A stretch of DNA of 64,000 nucleotides. Source: Setoptus koraiensis. Taxonomy: Eukaryota > Animalia > Arthropoda. Location: assembly GCA_048013815.1 (NCBI GenBank), contig CM106586.1, forward strand, positions 17,422,001 to 17,486,000. The letters are read 5' to 3'. This document shows, piece by piece, positions 59,261-64,000 of this stretch. The position numbers were made by a program, and so were the translations under genes. The notes beneath the pieces were generated by a model. That model searched no databases and had not been told where the DNA came from. It saw nothing but the letters and a program-made list of their open reading frames with translations. The number at the start of each line of letters is the position of its first letter. Position 1 is the first letter of the stretch.

Positions 59261-61204
59261 TTATATCATATATATTTTATCGTCGCCCACCTTCGATGTT
59301 ATGGTAAACTCGTCATCTCGATTAGAGTTATGATAAACAAAGCGCCAATCTTTTATATCAGTTGTCATAAACTTTCGCATAGATCTAATTTCGAAGAAAT
59401 CAACAAGATTATGGCAGCATCCACGATTGAAAGGACTTATTGGATTGCCTTTGGAGTCATGCTTGAAATGTTCGTATCTTTTGGAATTCATATTTTCATT
59501 CGTTGTCATACCGAGCCATAGCATCAAATATAATTGACAACTTAATAACATCGCAGTCCAAACAAGTAGAAAGAATGATAGCACTGCTCCCAATGTTACC
59601 AAACCGGATAAACAAAGGCCTCTAGCAGTAATCTCCATTGCATCAAAAATCCATTGAGCGTCTTCTGGGTGCTTTTGAGGTGTTAGGACTACATTGGCTG
59701 ACCAATAAGTATATGATATATACAAGTAGAGTGACAGGTCCATCACAATTGCAGTTAAGAAAAAGATGAAAAATCTGTGATTCTTTGCGCCTATACAATT
59801 TCCAACCCATGGACAATGATGATCGAATCTTGCTATACATTGATTGCAGTGGGCACAATGTTTTGATCTGAGTGGTTTTTTCACTAGACATGTTGAGCAA
59901 AAGCGATGTACTTCAAATCCGTCCTTCTCTTCGGCCAAGCTGATCAAAGTTTCAAGTTGCTGCTCTCTATTAACTATAACTCTACCCGGGTCGCATCTCC
60001 AACATTTATAGAATGAGTAGGTTAGTATTGTGGACCAAGTTAATAAAGATATTGCTACGATGGGTCGGGCAATCATATCTACAAATACGATGTGAGTTGT
60101 ACACAGCAAGGGCAAATGATAGAACCATTAGTGCATGATTAAGTAATGGTGATATCAAGATGCATATTAGATGCGATACTCACATGATAGAAGATGGACC
60201 AAAATGGTATAATGTAACCAAAACTTTACAGTGAGGTATATTGCGACTGGCAAACTGTTAGGATCAGTATGATCAAATAATGGTCGACTGAATATCATGG
60301 TTAAGATAGTTAGGAGAATTAAAAAAATAGCCTTTATCACAACAACGGCGTGACTATCCAAAATGGCAGCAAATGTCCAATATAAAATAGATGGAGCTAT
60401 ATGTTTAACAATGTTGACCACGGTTTTATTTTGTAAAGCTCTAGCAATTGGATGTTTATCTGTTGGTTGGTTGGTTAGATGAGACTCTAGCATTTTGACT
60501 AGCCAATGATTTTGATATTTTCTGGCCATATCTAACGGTGATTCATCATTAGCATTCAATACTTCGACGCTCGCCTTGGCCTTAAGTAGTAGAGTTATAG
60601 TGGTTAGATTTCTTGCATAAACTGCCCAATGTAGAGCAGTATTTCTATGCTTTATATCCACAGTTGATAAAGCAGCACCTAGTGTCAGTAATAGACGAGT
60701 GGGATCTACATTTGTTACCCTATATGCGCTCCACATAAGAGGAGTCATGCCATTAGAATCGGGTAGATTGATGTCCACTCCTTTGGCAATGAGATAAGCC
60801 ACGATTGCTGTGTGACCGAATTGGGCAGCAAGATGAAGACAATTGCAGCCTTCGCCATCGAATATAGTTAGATCGGCACCGCGTCTAACAAGTTGTACAA
60901 CCATGGACAAATGTCCCTGACGAACTGCCCAGTGTAAAGGTGTGGACTTGAGATCGCCGCCTATGGCATTTATGTCAGCTCCTTTCGATAGATAATAATC
61001 AACTATCTGAGATAGATTGTTTATTGCAGCCCAATGTAATAATGATACATTCTCCGCGTCACGTTGATTGACATCAAATAGTTTCGTTTCCAGCAAGTGT
61101 CTACATTCCTCGAATCTACCGTATTGTGTTGCTTTGACTAAGTCGGAAAATTGCGGAACTGGTGGTAGAGCTGGCGGAGTTATAAGTGCTGGAATTAGAT
61201 CCAT
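59261..61204 (-). CDS. ZDHHC17: Ankyrin-repeat DHHC palmitoyltransferase Hip14/ZDHHC17 (~612 aa), 2 exons
   Basis: Exon 1 is 61204-60184 (ankyrin repeats, donor |GTGAGT) and exon 2 is 60078-59261 (TGTAG|), 1839 nt in frame. The CRD motif is CSTCLVKKPLRSKHCAHCNQCIARFDHHCPWVGNCIG. Confidence 0.95.
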
Positions 61205-61596
61205 TGCTGCGTTAAGTTACGATAATAAGAATAATACTTTTAGTTTATAATGATTAAAGCGATTGGGGATGTAATAATAATTACGATGTTAGTATATAAT
61301 ATTGATCTATATAATATTGAAGTGATCTAGGTGGTGGACATGAAAATTCCATGGATGTCTTTTACTTTGGGCTAAGGGCGGGGGATTTGAACCACCGAAA
61401 ATGGACTGAGTGAACTTTTGAAGGTTTTTTAAATCTTCCGCTGGTTTGGAAGGATTGAGCATGCGTATGGAAAGAATATTCGGATCTCAACCTCTTTGCA
61501 ACTCGGACGATCTCACCGACTTGGAAATATTTTAAAATATTGTTGCTGATCAGATATGATATCATTTATTCTACTTTAATCTAATATCACATCATC

Positions 61597-62286
61597 ATGG
61601 ATCAAATTTCCGCTAAGAAGCGACTTTTAGAAATAACCAAAAGAAAATTCTTGGATACATTAGAAAAGTATTGCAAGTTGAATGAGTATAAACAAAAAAA
61701 TGGATCTTTTCCAAGTTTGGATCAGGAACTTAGCAGACTACAAGCATCGATGAAAAAATTTTCAGCTAAACAAAAGCGATTTAGGCAAATTCTCGTGCAT
61801 AGAGAGCCTGTTATAGACACAACCAAAGAATTGTTTTTAGAAGCGTTAGGTCTTGTTACAAAAGAAGCATCAATCAAGTTAAAAAATAAGAGTACAGAAA
61901 GGAAAAGAAGAAAAACAGCCAATCCGAGATATTCTCATGAGGCAGCAACTAAGAGACAGGTATCTCTACTGAAGAAACCCGATAAGAAAGTCAAGTTGCC
62001 AAAACAAGCAATAAAACACCCCCCACAAGCTAGTTCTGAAGAATTGATGATTAACGAAGAAAGGGAACTACTTGCACAGAGAATAACGCTCCTATCGCGT
62101 ATATCGATGCTGAAAGAACAGATACAAAAGAAACGAGATAGGAATGAATCCATAAACAAAGAAAACGAAAGGATCCGAAAAAGAGGCTTGGATATTATTG
62201 CAGCAGTTAATTTATTTAGCAAGAATATACTTTTTGAAGAGGATATAGATATGAAATGTGAGGAAACTCTTGATCAGCTCGACTAG
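61597..62286 (+). CDS. PHF21A: PHF21A/BHC80-like protein lacking the PHD finger, 229 aa
   Basis: FLEALGLVTKEASIKLKNKSTERKRRKTANPRYS matches the PHF21 FMxxLGLVT...ERKRRxTANPxYS motif. N-terminal helix LSRLQASMKKFSAKQKR and a C-terminal coiled coil are present. Divergent from ZDHHC17. Confidence 0.7.
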   Translation: MDQISAKKRLLEITKRKFLDTLEKYCKLNEYKQKNGSFPSLDQELSRLQASMKKFSAKQKRFRQILVHREPVIDTTKELFLEALGLVTKEASIKLKNKSTERKRRKTANPRYSHEAATKRQVSLLKKPDKKVKLPKQAIKHPPQASSEELMINEERELLAQRITLLSRISMLKEQIQKKRDRNESINKENERIRKRGLDIIAAVNLFSKNILFEEDIDMKCEETLDQLD

Positions 62287-62508
62287 TTATGTATATAGTA
62301 TAATTTATGAGTCCAGATCAACCTAGATTTGCTCATCTGTGAATAATCGGAAGTGCTATGAAAGACATTTATAGATATATTGGGGGATAATATTGTTTGA
62401 TTAGCATAAATCATCTGGTCGACTATTACTTTGAGTAAGTCGCATTACAATCATACTTTTTCACAAGAGATTACTATTGTTAAATAATGATATACCAGTT
62501 ATTGTTAC

Positions 62509-62986
62509 CTGAGATTTCTCAAATTCATTGTAAACTTCAAATATCGAAAACAATGACAACACCGGTCCAACAGATGGTGGAATTTTCAACAAGGCTTCCA
62601 AGATATGGTTAATGGTAGACAAGTATGGAGGAAAATGTTTTTCGAATATAGATTAAGGATGAATGTAATTCATTGAAACTATTGTAACATTCGAGTTCGA
62701 CCTGTTAGATCATTTGGTCGACACACTCACCTGATAGTATACTTATATACTCGACTAGAGAGCAGACCAAATCGGCAGTGGGCAGAACTTTTTCATTTGA
62801 TTTGAGAAATGTCTCTACTCCATTGGGCCACTCTTGCATGAGAACCTCAACTGTTGGCAATTTATCTTTTTGAGAAATCAGTTCCATTTCGAAAGCAGAC
62901 ACCTTAGCCAATTTTGCTTCTCTAGAGCGGTTGATTTTCTCAATCCATTCGTCAATGCTGGCATTTGTTTGATCTGAATTTGCCAT
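62509..62986 (-). CDS. IFT46: IFT46-like intraflagellar transport protein, C-terminal domain
   Basis: IDEWIEKI...LPTVEVLMQEWP...LPTADLVCSLVEYISILS (62986-62731, donor |GTGAGT) splices to A-LLKIPPSVGPVLSLFSIFEVYNEFEKSQ (62594-62509). This matches IFT46 LMQEW..LPTA.IDCSL.EY..ILDIP..SLHLLFSLY.EF.NSQ. The 3' end is uncertain (stop 62461 or an extra exon ending at 62283). Confidence 0.75.
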
Positions 62987-64000
62987 ATTTGTTGAATAAC
63001 CACTCTTATCAATATAAAGTTGTTTGAATCATTAAACAATAAAACTGGCTCGTTCACAAAAAGAACGTGTTCTTTACGAGATATCGTCTAAATTTTAAGT
63101 TGATACGGATTATCATTTTCACTAGAAAAAAGAGAAAAGAACGTCGTCAAGGTGACCGTCAGACGATGCGTCGATAAGCCATCCCTCAATTAGCTCACAG
63201 GCATGAGGTGCACGTAACAGGATTGACTCTTTAGAGGAACAATCCGGCTGGCGTTTTGCATTGGAATAACAGAACAAAGGTTGGGCCTTTGCCGAGGGCG
63301 ACAAAAATGGCAATTTGGCGCCGAAGAAACAGATATTGGGTGTTAGGTCCAAGCGACGTATTTTGAACTAAAAAGGCTACGCTGCCTTCCACAGTGCATT
63401 TTCTCGCACAAACGCTGCGCGTTGCTTCCAATGTGCACCGATGTTTTAAGAAATATCCAACAGAGGCGCTGCTCAGAATTCGTCCAACGAAGAATGGAGT
63501 GCAGCGCCGCCCTCGCGGAGCTTTTGTAAACTAATCTAAGTGCACCAGAAAAACATGTGCTTGCTTAAATCGCACAATTCGTGCGTAAGCAAGATTTTGA
63601 GCTTGTTTAGCGCCACAGTACAACACAGGCACACAATACTACTTTTCACTATCTGTGCTTCTGTGTTGCGCAGGTGTTTCTGTGCATGCGTCGCTTGATC
63701 CTAACACCCTATAACAGGATAGTGCCTATGGTATTTTTTTCTGGGCATGACTATTGCTCCCAAACTGGATAACTGGCTTGCGCCGCCGCCGACAAACGAA
63801 TCAGTCTGTGAGTGTGTGCGCCTACAGCACTGTGGACAAAACACTGCTTCTAGTTTTGGATTGTGCAAACTGCAACATGCACAGAAAAAATACAGCGCGA
63901 AAAAGAAGGGGAAAAAGAGTGTAGAGTGCACACACACACACACACACTGCGAATTTCTCAGTGAGAAAGCGTAGAACGCGAACGCTGTGTTATTGCGAGC

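Overview
Eukaryotic DNA from a compact, intron-poor animal genome. The gene set, short GT-AG introns and microsatellites suggest an arthropod, probably an acariform mite, though that is inference. About 25 kb (10235-35065) is almost certainly not genuine sequence: an aperiodic A/C-only tract drifting to C-rich, a 500-N scaffold gap and an A/T-only tract. All giant ORFs there are spurious, and adjacency of the two real blocks is unproven. The left block holds a secreted two-exon protein, a mini LEM/MSC gene, RRP4/EXOSC2 and ATP synthase subunit e. It also holds an inverted duplicate of the RRP4 3' part plus ATP5ME, which supplies the LEM stop codon and leaves an open RRP4 S1/KH frame one base out of frame with LEM. 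The right block holds a cytochrome b561 with an extra TM segment and glycosylatable tail, a tail-anchored coiled-coil protein and a ~185-nt hairpin. It continues with SMG1 (eroded N-terminus, short insertion domain), a pseudoknot-capable segment with telomerase-RNA-like topology, headcase, ZDHHC17/Hip14, a PHD-less PHF21A/BHC80-like gene and a truncated IFT46. All family assignments come from motifs recognised by eye; no searches were run.
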